From assembly GCA_963978305.1 (NCBI GenBank), contig CAXBRM010000002.1, positions 1-48,602 on the forward strand: a stretch of 48,602 nt of DNA, given 5' to 3'. The notes under the pieces are model-generated. The model was given only the letters and a program-made list of their open reading frames with translations. It ran no database searches and had not been told where the DNA came from. The position numbers were made by a program, and so were the translations under genes. This stretch comes from an uncultured Rhodospirillales bacterium (GTDB lineage: Bacteria; Pseudomonadota; Alphaproteobacteria; UBA7985). Positions 1 to 10,033 of this stretch are shown here, piece by piece. Positions within the stretch are counted from its first letter, which is position 1. The number at the start of each line of letters is the position of its first letter.

Positions 1-2
1 AA

Positions 3-347
3 GCTGCAGTAACCGATAGTTTGATGGGACAGACTCGAAAGGCGGCAAAGCTATTTGCTCAACGATACGGCGCTGGTCAAACACTGGTCGTTGCTGGCGG
101 TGTAGCGTGCAACCAGCAGATTCGGGGAGAATTGCAGACGTTAGCAGGCGACATGTCGATGGCTTTGGTTGCCCCACCTCTGCCGCTATGCACGGACAAC
201 GCCTCCATGATTGCCTGGGCAGGTGCAGAACAATTCACTGAAAACCACGCTAGCGCCGAGCATGGCCTCGCCTTCGCGCCAAGACCCCGTTGGCCCTTAG
301 ATCCAAGCGCTGAGCCAAGCATTTTTGCTGGGGCAAAGAAAGCCTAA
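3..347 (+). CDS. tsaD: tRNA N6-adenosine threonylcarbamoyltransferase TsaD, C-terminal fragment (5' end outside window)
   Basis: The frame is open from the window edge. Motifs LVVAGGVACN, CTDNASMIAWAG and PRPRWPLD are typical of the Kae1/TsaD C-terminus. Confidence 0.85.
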   Translation, partial: AAVTDSLMGQTRKAAKLFAQRYGAGQTLVVAGGVACNQQIRGELQTLAGDMSMALVAPPLPLCTDNASMIAWAGAEQFTENHASAEHGLAFAPRPRWPLDPSAEPSIFAGAKKA

Positions 348-375
348 TCGCGCGACGCCTTATTCGTCAAAGAAC

Positions 376-1671
376 TTAGTCTGGCGATTTGACAAACAGC
401 ATGATGACAAACCCAGCCGCCATAAATGGCATGACACCAAACATGCCGAACACCAGCGCCCCAGCATCACTCCAATTCCATGACACGGCCATCGCCGTCA
501 TTAAAGCAACCAGACCGGGCCCGAGTGCCGAGGTCGCTTTCCCGCTTAAAGCATAGAGACCGAATAGTTCTCCCTGTGCTTCTTCAGGTGCCAACTTAGC
601 CATCATTGTCCGGCTTGCTTGTTGGATTGGGCCAACAAAAACACCAAGGGCGCAACCAAAAATAGCAAACATCATGAAACTTGGCGCAAGCAACATAGCG
701 CTGCCCGCCAGGATCAGGCCAACAATTGATGTCATAATCACACGTTTGGTCCCAAATCCTTGCTCAAAAAAGGCAAAAACCATGCCACCAGATCCGGCAA
801 AGACATTCAGCAGAATGCCAAATAAGATCAATTCCTGTGTACTTAAACCGTAGCGCGCAGTTGCATAGAGACCGCCCATAACGAAAATCGTATTCACGCC
901 ATCCGTATAGCTCATTCGGCCGAGCAAAAACAAAAATGTATTTTTGTCATTTGACAACAACCCTCTGAGCGTTCGCCATAAGCTGCTCAGACCGTCGACA
1001 ACTGCCCGCTTAAAGCTAACCTCGCTGGGCTTTTTGTCTGGCGTCCACACAACGAATGGTATCAAAAAAGCGGCAAACCAAATTGCAACAATTATGTTCG
1101 TCAGGCGAACCGGCTGTTGTGTTCCTTCCAAATCCGACAGGGTAAAAACTGCCACCAAGCATAGCACCAACGCGATCAGGCCGCCGATATAGCCACCGGA
1201 CCAAGCAATGCCGCCGAGCTTTGCAAGACGCGGACGGTCGACCAAGTCTGCCAGCATTGCATTGTTGAAGACAATCGCCATTTCGTAACAGATATTTGCG
1301 ATGCCAACCAAGACGATTGCCGCAATGGCGTATTGGGGATCCGGCAGCATAAAATATAGGCCACATGTCAAAAGGATGCAGGCGCCACTAAAGCCGATCA
1401 CCCACGGTCGTCGGCGCCCACCCCGATCAGCGATTGATCCCAAGATCGGCGCCAAAATGGCAACGACAAATGCAGAAGCACCGATACCTGCCCCCCACAA
1501 AGATTGGCTCTTCACACCATCTTGAACGATACCATCTGCGAAGTACTGGGCAAAAATCCAGGTAATAACAATCGTTGTGAAAGCTTGGTTTGCCCAATCA
1601 AACAATGCCCAGCCAACACGGCCACGATTAAACAGTGGCAGTGATTCACGGTAAGCTTTATCCGCAAACAT
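376..1671 (-). CDS. MFS transporter, UMF1/Atg22-like family
   Basis: Multi-pass hydrophobic protein. The N-terminus WALFDWANQAFTTIVITWIFAQYF is characteristic of UMF1-type MFS proteins. I chose the ATG at 1671 (MFADKAY...) over the upstream TTG at 1773. Confidence 0.75.
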   Translation of the reverse strand: MFADKAYRESLPLFNRGRVGWALFDWANQAFTTIVITWIFAQYFADGIVQDGVKSQSLWGAGIGASAFVVAILAPILGSIADRGGRRRPWVIGFSGACILLTCGLYFMLPDPQYAIAAIVLVGIANICYEMAIVFNNAMLADLVDRPRLAKLGGIAWSGGYIGGLIALVLCLVAVFTLSDLEGTQQPVRLTNIIVAIWFAAFLIPFVVWTPDKKPSEVSFKRAVVDGLSSLWRTLRGLLSNDKNTFLFLLGRMSYTDGVNTIFVMGGLYATARYGLSTQELILFGILLNVFAGSGGMVFAFFEQGFGTKRVIMTSIVGLILAGSAMLLAPSFMMFAIFGCALGVFVGPIQQASRTMMAKLAPEEAQGELFGLYALSGKATSALGPGLVALMTAMAVSWNWSDAGALVFGMFGVMPFMAAGFVIMLFVKSPD

Positions 1672-1993
1672 CTTCCTATACCCCCCTCGAAGCCAGGTGC
1701 CTATCAGCACATTAACGATGCACTTGTTATGATTTTTCGCACTTATGCCCGACTTAGCCCTGATTTTCCACAAGGGAACACCAGCGAAACTGACGTCGCC
1801 GTTGTTTGCACATTTATTGCCATCTTTTAGAGCTAGATGGGTGGTGACAGTGTGTTGCGATTCCGACGCTATTTCTGTTAAGAGCAGGATACAGCCAAGG
1901 CTACGTTCTCAAAATCTTGCCTAGCTATGTATCTTATGGTTTTGGACAGTTGCAGCCACGTGCCGCGTTTAGTAACGAACAAAAGGTTTATCC

Positions 1994-2512
1994 ATGCGGA
2001 TCCACTCGATTTTTGCTAGCTTTGTCATTGCCTTGGCTGGTTTAATGGCGCTACCAGCACAGGCGCAGCGTCCGCAAAGCCTCGGCGCGTTTACAGATTG
2101 GCATGCCTTTCGGGCCGTTGAAGGCAACGGTCAGCTTGTTTGCTTCATGACATCTCGGCCGACCAATTCGGTAGGTGCAGAGGGCAGATTGCGTGGTCCG
2201 GTCACACTTCTGGTAACCCACCGACCAGGCGTTGAAACCAATGTTGTCAGCCTGGAGGCCGGCTTCCCATTTGATCCCGAGTTAAATCCCGTTGCGTCCA
2301 TTGGTAACAAACGGTTTGCGCTTTTCACACAAGGCGAAACTGGTTGGGCCTATCCGGACGATGACAGCAAATTGATTGAGCAGATGAAAGCAGGTCTAAC
2401 CTTGCTTCTGGACAGCGTCAGTACTCGTGGGACCGAAATTCGTGACACCTTTTCGTTGCGCGGTTTCACAAAAGCGCACAACCGCATCTCCGAAGCCTGC
2501 CGGATCAGCTGA
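1994..2512 (+). CDS. secreted IalB-like (invasion-associated locus B family) protein
   Basis: Signal peptide MRIHSIFASFVIALAGLMALPAQA, followed by FTDWHAF...LVCFMTSRP and an overall layout resembling alphaproteobacterial IalB-family proteins. Confidence 0.6.
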   Translation: MRIHSIFASFVIALAGLMALPAQAQRPQSLGAFTDWHAFRAVEGNGQLVCFMTSRPTNSVGAEGRLRGPVTLLVTHRPGVETNVVSLEAGFPFDPELNPVASIGNKRFALFTQGETGWAYPDDDSKLIEQMKAGLTLLLDSVSTRGTEIRDTFSLRGFTKAHNRISEACRIS

Positions 2513-2636
2513 TCATCGACAAGGTCGGTTGGCCACGAAGCGTGTCGCGCTGCAGCTTTGCCTTAACCCGATTTCAATTGTCCTCGACTTAAGATAAATA
2601 GAAGCGCTATCTGCCAGATTCTAAGGGTTTTGAAAC

Positions 2637-3791
2637 GTGCCCAACGCGATTGCTACACCCACCGCAAAACACGCAGCCGCATTCGCTGCACCAGAATCAA
2701 CATCATCAGATGGTAGAAAAAATCTGGTTGGTTTGAGCCGAGAAGAACTGGAAGCCGAAGTTACGAGTCTTCAGTTACCAAAATTTCGCGCCAAGCAGAT
2801 TTGGCAATGGATTTATAACCACGGTAAAACCGACTTTGCCGATTTCTTAACCCTGGCCAAGCCAATCCGTGAACAATTGGCTGAGTTGTACGTCGTCGAC
2901 CGACCGATCATAACAGCCTCACAGAACAGCGCAGACGGTACCGCGAAATGGCTCCTCAAGTTTCCGGATGGGCAGGAAGTTGAAAGCGTCCACATCCCTG
3001 AGGCCGACCGTGGGACACTTTGCGTTTCGAGCCAAGTCGGTTGCACCTTAACCTGTAAATTCTGCCATACTGGCACTCAGCGTCTCGTTCGAAACCTAAG
3101 TGCTGCCGAGATCGTGGGTCAACTGCTAATCGCGCGTGATGCCTTTGGCGAGTGGCCGACACCCAGCGATGTCAGCCGACAAATAAGCAATGTCGTGCTG
3201 ATGGGGATGGGGGAACCACTCTATAATTATGACAATGTTGCAAAAGCGATGCGTATCATCATGGACGCCGAGGGCATTCAACTGGGCCGAAGGCGCATTA
3301 CCTTATCGACCAGCGGCGTGGTTCCCGAAATTCGCCGTGCTGGTCGAGAGCTTGGCGTCAACCTAGCAATCAGCCTTCATGCTGTAGACGACAGCATTCG
3401 TGATGAAATCATGCCAATCAATAAAAAGTATCCTTTGGCCGAATTAATGGAAAGCTTACGTGATTACTATGGCCCCGAGCGCAATTCACGGCGGATTACG
3501 TTTGAATATGTGATGCTAAAGGGCATTAACGACAGCGATGCCGACGCGCGCGGGCTTGTCGAGCTTGTAAAGGGCATACCCTCCAAATTTAATTTGATCC
3601 CCTTCAACCCATGGCCGGGCACTACTTATGAATGTTCAAATGCGCGCCGGATCGCCCACTTTCAAGCTATCATTCAAAATGCTGGCTACAGCGCACCCGT
3701 TCGTGTAACGCGCGGCGAAGACATTTTGGCTGCATGCGGTCAACTGAAAAGCGAGAGTCAGCGGATCCGAAAATCAATGCTTTCGTCATAA
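2637..3791 (+). CDS. rlmN: 23S rRNA/tRNA (adenine-C2)-methyltransferase RlmN (radical SAM)
   Basis: GTG start with AAGGG upstream. Radical-SAM CxxxCxxC motif (CTLTCKFC), MGMGEPL and a C-terminal ACGQL motif. Confidence 0.93.
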   Translation: MPNAIATPTAKHAAAFAAPESTSSDGRKNLVGLSREELEAEVTSLQLPKFRAKQIWQWIYNHGKTDFADFLTLAKPIREQLAELYVVDRPIITASQNSADGTAKWLLKFPDGQEVESVHIPEADRGTLCVSSQVGCTLTCKFCHTGTQRLVRNLSAAEIVGQLLIARDAFGEWPTPSDVSRQISNVVLMGMGEPLYNYDNVAKAMRIIMDAEGIQLGRRRITLSTSGVVPEIRRAGRELGVNLAISLHAVDDSIRDEIMPINKKYPLAELMESLRDYYGPERNSRRITFEYVMLKGINDSDADARGLVELVKGIPSKFNLIPFNPWPGTTYECSNARRIAHFQAIIQNAGYSAPVRVTRGEDILAACGQLKSESQRIRKSMLSS

Positions 3792-3816
3792 AAAAACCCC
3801 CTCAAAAACGTTGAGG
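3791..3816 (-). terminator. rho-independent terminator downstream of mucR (hairpin CCTCAA/TTGAGG followed by a U-run on the minus strand)
   Basis: The minus strand reads CCTCAAcgtttTTGAGGgggTTTTTT, between the convergent rlmN and mucR 3' ends. Confidence 0.55.
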
Positions 3817-3848
3817 AGGTCCCAAATGCAAATCTCTCTGCACATAGT

Positions 3849-4256
3849 TTATGACGCCTTAGAACGACCTAAACCAATTTCACGGGCTAGCGCAGAGCGC
3901 TGCGCCGCATAGTTTGGAGCAACCATGGGATAATCGATTGGGAGGTTCCAACGCTCGCGATACTGCTCCGGCGTCAAGTTATAGTGGGTCATCAGATGTC
4001 TCTTAAGCATTTTAAGCTTCTTGCCATCTTCTAGGCAGACAATATAATCTGGCTTTATTGAAGCTTTAACACTAACAGCAGGTACTGGTCGCTCAGATTT
4101 TTGTGTTCCATTACTAGAAACAGTCGACAGTGTTTGATACACATCTTCAATCAACTTTGATACTTCACCAACAGCGACCGAATTATTTGCCAAATGAGCA
4201 GATACAATACTCGAAGTATGGTCAAGTAACGTCATATTCTTGATATTTTCTTGCAT
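3849..4256 (-). CDS. mucR: MucR/Ros family transcriptional regulator
   Basis: C-terminal IVCLEDGKKLKMLKRHLMTHYNLTPEQYRERWNLPIDYPMVAPNYAAQRS closely matches the Ros/MucR DNA-binding domain. The ATG at 4256 has AGGA 6 nt upstream. Confidence 0.92.
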   Translation of the reverse strand: MQENIKNMTLLDHTSSIVSAHLANNSVAVGEVSKLIEDVYQTLSTVSSNGTQKSERPVPAVSVKASIKPDYIVCLEDGKKLKMLKRHLMTHYNLTPEQYRERWNLPIDYPMVAPNYAAQRSALAREIGLGRSKAS

Positions 4257-4315
4257 TTTTATTCCTATACTACGCACAGCTTCCGAAAAAGCATGTTATA
4301 ATAGAGCGGCATCGG

Positions 4316-4759
4316 CTAAAACTCAATTCTCATCAGCAATGCATTCTCAAAGCGGTTTCCATCAGACCGAAAATAATTTTTTCTGACAGCGTAGGCCTTG
4401 AGACCCATTGACGTGTAGAAGCTAACCGCGGTTTGATTCTTCTCAGACACTTCTAAAAATACATTTAATATATTTAAAATTTTAAAGTCGTCAATCATTT
4501 TCTCCAATATTGTCCGTCCAATCGACTGTTGTCGAAAATGTGGATGGACAAATAATTGTAGTAATTCTGCTTCATCTATCACTAGTTGAGATAAAGACGA
4601 CGCAATAAGTCGCTTGCCAGCCGGCTCAAAACCCAGAACGATGTGGGTGGTGGGTTTTTCAAGAAATATTCTCCAAGTTTTAACTGTCCAAGGATGCAGC
4701 CCACAAAGCACTTGCAGGTCCGCCAGTTTGGCAGCCAAAGACGCTTTATCAATCGGCAT
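4316..4759 (-). CDS. rimI: ribosomal-protein-alanine N-acetyltransferase RimI (GNAT)
   Basis: GNAT core LFVHPHFRQQSIGRTILEKMI and FLEVSEKNQTAVSFYTSMGL. It lies directly downstream of tsaB, the conserved arrangement. The start is ambiguous (4759, 4795 or 4837). Confidence 0.8.
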   Translation of the reverse strand: MPIDKASLAAKLADLQVLCGLHPWTVKTWRIFLEKPTTHIVLGFEPAGKRLIASSLSQLVIDEAELLQLFVHPHFRQQSIGRTILEKMIDDFKILNILNVFLEVSEKNQTAVSFYTSMGLKAYAVRKNYFRSDGNRFENALLMRIEF

Positions 4760-4805
4760 CGCTGGCCAGGCCGCCCCATTAATCGAACCCCGCATCGAAA
4801 ATATT

Positions 4806-5477
4806 TTAGCTTGGCCCAAATTTCGTGTCCTTTGCACGAGAAATAGTTGGCGGTCGCACGTAAAGTGGCTGCAAGATATTTGTCAAAACCGTGGTGTCGA
4901 ATTGGGGGTCCAAGACAGCAACAGCTAAAGCTGCCGTATCAATTTCTTCCATAATTGTTCGTTGATCCCTAAGCGCTGCAATCAAACCAGAGTTTCCGAC
5001 AACTAAGCTGTCGCTGCTGCCGATCTGGCCATTGAGGTCACGAGCAATCATCCAGGCGCTGCCGCTTTCGCTCACAGATCGTAAGTAGCAGTCGCCTCGG
5101 CGCGTATCGACAGCGCAATAAATGTTGTCAGCCAACAGGCATGGATCATTTGTTATCCGATAACGCCAATAGGCGTCGGTGGAAATACTCCTTATTATTA
5201 CCCCGGGAATCGATGCAGCCAGACCAAGCGCAAATGCAATGCTAACGCGAAGGCCCGTGAAACCGCCCGGTCCACGACACACCAAAATGCAATCAAGCTC
5301 GGCCCACTGTTTCAAGGGCGTAGCCGCAAAAACCCGATTGGCTAATGGCGCTAACATTTCTGCTTGACCATGCTGTTCGTGGATCGTCTCATGCCAGACA
5401 TTTGACGGATTGCCTTTAACCGCAATCGCGACGCTGAGCACTTGACCACTACAATCAATGACGATGCAGTTGTTCAT
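4806..5477 (-). CDS. tsaB: tRNA threonylcarbamoyladenosine biosynthesis protein TsaB
   Basis: Motif VCRGPGGFTGLRVSIAFALGLA. The start at MNNCIVIDCSG (ATG 5477) removes the overlap with the upstream gene. Confidence 0.85.
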   Translation of the reverse strand: MNNCIVIDCSGQVLSVAIAVKGNPSNVWHETIHEQHGQAEMLAPLANRVFAATPLKQWAELDCILVCRGPGGFTGLRVSIAFALGLAASIPGVIIRSISTDAYWRYRITNDPCLLADNIYCAVDTRRGDCYLRSVSESGSAWMIARDLNGQIGSSDSLVVGNSGLIAALRDQRTIMEEIDTAALAVAVLDPQFDTTVLTNILQPLYVRPPTISRAKDTKFGPS

Positions 5478-5499
5478 TGATGCCAACAAGGTGATACCA

Positions 5500-6921
5500 T
5501 CAATAGCCACCCGCTGGCGCATATGCGCCCTGGACCCGGATGACGGCGCCCGGCAGTATGGCCGCTCGATCAAATAAAGCTAAATTGTTGTCGCGCAAGT
5601 GACGCTCGATAGTCGGTAAATAATAACCAGGATCTCCGGTGTATTGAGCCAAACCGCCGACAAGATCGAGGCCCGTTGGTATTCGACCTTGCGTCCGCAG
5701 CAGCGCACGCGTCGCCCTCAAGGAAGCATAAGCCTGGTGGCGATTGAGGTTCAAGACATAGCTTTCCATCGCATCCAAAAGCGTTGGAAACGCGCGAACA
5801 CGATAGGACTGACCCGCAGGGCGGCCGCTCGGGATCATGCCTTGGTCGGCCGCGTTCCAAGTGTACTGGCCAAACAGTGCATTGCCTTCTTGGGCAAAGC
5901 GGCTTGTGCCCCAGCCTGTCTCTTCGATTGCCTGTGCCAAAATGAGACTAACAGGGATTGTGTCAACGTGATCAAGCAGTGTTGCGACATCGCTTTGCAC
6001 GCCATAGCGGCTGGCAATTTGCTTTACAATGATCGGTGCGCCCTGCAGCCTGCCTCGGTAGCCCGTTTGCAGAATTGCCCTGCGCTCTGCCGCAATTTGC
6101 TCATTGGCCAGCACGGCAATCGGGATCAGAATCGTCAGGAAAAGATCTTTATTGCCAGGCGTTGTCGTCGCCATATCATCGGGCAATGCGTCAAACGCAA
6201 CTGGCGGCAATCGCCGACCAGAGGCTGCACTGGTCGTCGACAGGCCAAGTTGCTCAACCAATGCCCGTGCACGAACAGCTCGGCCGTCAAAAGCCTGCAC
6301 GGTGAAAGGGCGTTGCAGCGGTTGATAACTGCTTGGCAACATCTGCACGGTAGAATCGTTGGATTGCACTATTCCAACGGCGCCTGTTCGGGTTTGCCCC
6401 CCCGTTTGTGGGCCTGTCTGTGAGACAGCGCCCGTGGCGTAGGGGTCAACGGCAATCTGATAGCCACCGATTGAGCTTTGTCCAGATCGGTTTTGACCAG
6501 TGCTCCCGGGATCTGATCCATTGTTGTCATTTGCCCTCTCGCCTTGATTGCTGCCAAATAATGAGCCAATCCCCTGAGGCCAATTGTTCGAGGTTTCTTC
6601 AGATTCGTTGTCTGAAGGCTGTGACATTCTGTTAAAAAAGTTCCTGCCAGCATCAATGATGCTAGTGCGCTCAGCTCTCTCTGCCTCCCGCTGGGCCGCT
6701 TCCTGAGCCTGAATTTCGCGCTGCTTCTCCCAGCTATCGGCCAGGTAAGTCTGACTCTGGCGTATTAGCGTGTCGGGCGTTAAATCCTGATCTAAGGCCG
6801 CACAGCCTGCAACCAAAAGCAACAGCGAGGCAATGCCCAATTTTCGATGCGTTCGCTTCCGTGACGACACCAAGTTCTTCCTATCGCAAAAATTATTGAA
6901 AGGGGTACAACAGCTACCCAC
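5500..6921 (-). CDS. lipoprotein with C-terminal glucosaminidase (FlgJ/Bax-like) domain and a long disordered Q/G/S/N-rich linker
   Basis: Lipobox LLLLVAGC. Glucosaminidase signature AQAIEETGWGTSRFAQEGNALFGQ. The GTG start at 6921 is uncertain. Confidence 0.7.
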   Translation of the reverse strand: MGSCCTPFNNFCDRKNLVSSRKRTHRKLGIASLLLLVAGCAALDQDLTPDTLIRQSQTYLADSWEKQREIQAQEAAQREAERAERTSIIDAGRNFFNRMSQPSDNESEETSNNWPQGIGSLFGSNQGERANDNNGSDPGSTGQNRSGQSSIGGYQIAVDPYATGAVSQTGPQTGGQTRTGAVGIVQSNDSTVQMLPSSYQPLQRPFTVQAFDGRAVRARALVEQLGLSTTSAASGRRLPPVAFDALPDDMATTTPGNKDLFLTILIPIAVLANEQIAAERRAILQTGYRGRLQGAPIIVKQIASRYGVQSDVATLLDHVDTIPVSLILAQAIEETGWGTSRFAQEGNALFGQYTWNAADQGMIPSGRPAGQSYRVRAFPTLLDAMESYVLNLNRHQAYASLRATRALLRTQGRIPTGLDLVGGLAQYTGDPGYYLPTIERHLRDNNLALFDRAAILPGAVIRVQGAYAPAGGY

Positions 6922-7010
6922 ACCTGCGGAAGCGCTAACCCACAGCTGTGTTCAAAACAAGATCTTGAGTTTATCTCCGCCTAAATGATGGCACGGGACA
7001 GGCAGAGCCG

Positions 7011-7580
7011 CTATATGGATTGGACCTCATTTACCTCTGGCACATAATGTTTCAACATATTTTCAATGCCATGCTTTAGAGTCATGGTTGATGATGGACA
7101 CCCAGAGCAAGCCCCCTGCATCGCCAGATAAACAACACCGTCTTCGAAGCTATGGAAAACAATGTCGCCACCATCCATTGCCACAGCAGGACGCACCCGG
7201 GTGTCCAACAATTCTTTGATTTGGATAACGATTTGGTTGTCATCCTGATCGCTTGCGTGCCCAACCCCTGAGTCGGCATCATCGTCCTTGACGTCATCAG
7301 CCAAAACTGCCCGACCAGCGGTAAAATGTTCCATAATTATGCCGAGGATGCTGGGTTTCATCAGAAACCACTCGCGATCATCCACTTTGGTGATCGTAAT
7401 AAAATCGCGACCGAGAAAGACTCCCTGGACCCCTTCAACCTCAAACAACCTTTGAGCCAACGGTGATGCGACAGCATTGTCCTTCGAATCAAAGTTTCTG
7501 TTGCCATCGGCCAAAACCACTAAACCAGGCAAAAATTTCAATGTTGCTGGGTTTGGTGTCGTTTCCGTTTGAATAAACAT
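7011..7580 (-). CDS. NifU/Nfu family Fe-S cluster assembly protein (Nfu_N + NifU C-terminal domain)
   Basis: N-terminal MFIQTETTPNPATLKFLPG (Nfu_N) and C-terminal CSGCPSS motif. Confidence 0.88.
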   Translation of the reverse strand: MFIQTETTPNPATLKFLPGLVVLADGNRNFDSKDNAVASPLAQRLFEVEGVQGVFLGRDFITITKVDDREWFLMKPSILGIIMEHFTAGRAVLADDVKDDDADSGVGHASDQDDNQIVIQIKELLDTRVRPAVAMDGGDIVFHSFEDGVVYLAMQGACSGCPSSTMTLKHGIENMLKHYVPEVNEVQSI

Positions 7581-7758
7581 TCCGTTTTTCCGATCAGGTC
7601 TAATTTGTAACGTTCACCTTAGTAAATAGGAAACGCAGATAAAAAAAGCAAAGAAAGCACTCATATCGAACACAATTCTGTTCTTGTTTCGGTGTTAGAC
7701 CGTTATGTAGTTCTGATTATGTAACCAAATTGGCCTTATACTAAGGATCGCTGATTCA

Positions 7759-8382
7759 ATGACTCCGACTCACATTCCGTTCTTCCGCTTATTGATTGCT
7801 GCTATATTTGCATGCTCAGGGTTGCTTGCCAGCACGTTGCCAGCTTCAGCACAGTTTTCGCCCGAGCAGGTCCAGATCGTTTTACAAACTGAAGCGGCAA
7901 TCAAACGGATCTCGACAGCTACGGGGCGTTTCTTGCAAATTTCTAATGAGGGCAACGTGGCACGTGGCGATATCTTTCTGTCACGACCGGGTCGCCTCAG
8001 GTTTGACTATGATTCTCCGAGCCCCTTAATTTTAGTCGCCGATGGTCGCAACGTTATCGAAATTGACAACGATTTAGAAAGTGCGCGGCGCCTATCGCTA
8101 AACAGCACACCCCTGCGGCTCTTCTTGAATACCGATGTCGATTTTCGGACAACCGTGAACATCTTGAGGGTCGAAGAGGTCGCCGACAGTGTTTTGATCA
8201 CAATGCAAGACCGCGAACGCCCTAACGATGGTACGCTGACCCTCGTTATGAGCAAGACCAACTTCACCCTTCGAGCATGGCAAATGGTAGACAATAAAGG
8301 CGAACGGACGACGGTTCGGCTTGAAAATATGGCTTATGGCATCAGCATCCCGCCAGAGTTATTTCAAGATCCGGGTTTTTAA
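7759..8382 (+). CDS. lolA: outer-membrane lipoprotein carrier protein LolA-like
   Basis: Signal peptide ending ASAQ. Motif GRFLQIS...GDIFLSRPGRLRFDYDSPSPLILVADG is typical of alphaproteobacterial LolA. Confidence 0.8.
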   Translation: MTPTHIPFFRLLIAAIFACSGLLASTLPASAQFSPEQVQIVLQTEAAIKRISTATGRFLQISNEGNVARGDIFLSRPGRLRFDYDSPSPLILVADGRNVIEIDNDLESARRLSLNSTPLRLFLNTDVDFRTTVNILRVEEVADSVLITMQDRERPNDGTLTLVMSKTNFTLRAWQMVDNKGERTTVRLENMAYGISIPPELFQDPGF

Positions 8383-8435
8383 GTTGTTACGACGCCGCGA
8401 CGTTGCAACATTCAGTTCGATGGAAAACGGCAGCG

Positions 8436-9251
8436 ATGATCAACTCACATCCGGGCAATCATTCTGACTTATTGATCGGCATCACGTGCTGCCGAAAACC
8501 CGGCCACGAGGGACGCAAAGACCTTGATGATTTTGTTGTCGGCGAAAAGTACATTCGCGCCATCCAAGATTATGTTGGTTTGCCGTGGCCAATCGTTCCA
8601 GACCAGCCATCAAGAATCGCTCGACTTTGCGAACAGCTAGATGGACTCGTCTTGACGGGTTCACTGAGCAATGTTCATCCTGACCGATACAAGGTGACGG
8701 CCTCTGAACACCACAAACCATTCGATCAGCAGCGCGACGCAATGACCTGGACCTTGCTTGACCACGCGACCAAACGCAAAATGCCAATCTTAGCGATTTG
8801 CCGAGGCATTCAAGAGCTGAACGTTTATTGCGGCGGCAGTCTGCATGCCCATGTCCATGAGGTTGGCGGCTTAACCGATCATCGGGCTCCCCATGAGAGC
8901 ATTGATGCTGATGATACACTGGCAATGTACCACCCACACCACGGCGTCAACATCAGTCCGGGAGGGGTTTTAGCGAGCATCTTCGGGCCCACCTCCTCCG
9001 TGCTTGTCAATTCTTTACACAAGCAGGGTATCGACAGATTAGGCAACGGACTTCAGATTGAAGCCACGGCACCAGATGGGCTAATCGAAGCCGTAAGCCT
9101 GGCAAACTATGAAGGTTGGAGCCTCGGTGTCCAATGGCATCCTGAGTTTCAAACAGAACGCTACCAAAGTTTTATTGCCATTTTTACCGCTTTCAAAGAA
9201 GCCGCAGATTTGTATCGGAGACAGCAGTGTCAAAACAAACACGCATCATAA
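8436..9251 (+). CDS. gamma-glutamyl-gamma-aminobutyrate hydrolase family protein (class I glutamine amidotransferase, peptidase C26)
   Basis: Catalytic ILAICRGIQELN and GVQWHPEF motifs. This is the first in-frame ATG; the ORF track begins at a TTG at 8403. Confidence 0.8.
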   Translation: MINSHPGNHSDLLIGITCCRKPGHEGRKDLDDFVVGEKYIRAIQDYVGLPWPIVPDQPSRIARLCEQLDGLVLTGSLSNVHPDRYKVTASEHHKPFDQQRDAMTWTLLDHATKRKMPILAICRGIQELNVYCGGSLHAHVHEVGGLTDHRAPHESIDADDTLAMYHPHHGVNISPGGVLASIFGPTSSVLVNSLHKQGIDRLGNGLQIEATAPDGLIEAVSLANYEGWSLGVQWHPEFQTERYQSFIAIFTAFKEAADLYRRQQCQNKHAS

Positions 9252-10033
9252 GCTGGAACGTCAACGGAGTGCGGTCTCGGCGAGAACATATGGCCCGCCT
9301 CATCAATGACCTGGCACCCGACGTCTTATGTTTACAGGAAACAAAGGTCCCGAACGAGCTGTTCCCCAGCGCGTTTTTCGACGACTTAGGGTTCAGTAAC
9401 CAACATATCCACGGTCAAAAAAGTCACCACGGGGTAGCCATTCTGGCACGCATCCCGCTACTTGAGCCTCAAAAAGACGTGTACGCCGCGCAGGACGATT
9501 GTCGGCACGTAAGTGTGGACGTGTTACTGGCTAAACATATGATCCAAATCCATAATTTCTATGTGCCGTCAGGTGGGGATGAGCCCGATGTCTCGGTGAA
9601 CGAAAAATTCGCCCACAAAATGCGGTTTTGGCATGATATGGCCGAACAGTTGCCCGCCAGAATCAGCGCGAAAAGCTTGCTGGTCGGAGACCTCAATGTC
9701 GCGCCACGCGAGACGGACGTTTGGGATCATAAAAGAATGCAAAAAATGGTGGGCCACAGCCCACAGGAAGTGGACGCGCTCGACAAAGCAATGGCAGCTG
9801 GACAGTGGCTTGACTTTCTCCGGGAAATGACGCCGGTTGAACAACCTTTGTACAGCTGGTGGACGTATCGTTCGAAAACCGCCTTGGAAAAAGATCGCGG
9901 GTGGCGTTTGGATCATGCATGGGGCACACCAGCCCTGCGGCCATACCTATCGGAATGCCAAATCTACCGGGAAGCAAGAAGCTGGGAAAAACCAAGCGAC
10001 CATGCGCCCGTGGTTGTGGATCTTAAAATTTAA
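9227..10033 (+). CDS. xthA: exodeoxyribonuclease III
   Basis: GTG start with GGAG 6 nt upstream. Motifs ISWNVNGVRSR, DVLCLQETK and SDHAPVVVDL. Confidence 0.92.
   Translation: MSKQTRIISWNVNGVRSRREHMARLINDLAPDVLCLQETKVPNELFPSAFFDDLGFSNQHIHGQKSHHGVAILARIPLLEPQKDVYAAQDDCRHVSVDVLLAKHMIQIHNFYVPSGGDEPDVSVNEKFAHKMRFWHDMAEQLPARISAKSLLVGDLNVAPRETDVWDHKRMQKMVGHSPQEVDALDKAMAAGQWLDFLREMTPVEQPLYSWWTYRSKTALEKDRGWRLDHAWGTPALRPYLSECQIYREARSWEKPSDHAPVVVDLKI

Noticed and set aside
7668-7683. The inverted repeat GAACA-N6-TGTTC in the AT-rich nfu/lolA divergent promoter region, considered as a LexA or IscR-type operator.
   Set aside because: The alphaproteobacterial SOS box is a direct GAAC-N7-GAAC/GTTC-N7-GTTC repeat. 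The site does not resemble the IscR type-1 consensus as I recall it. A 5-bp-arm palindrome in AT-rich DNA is weak evidence.
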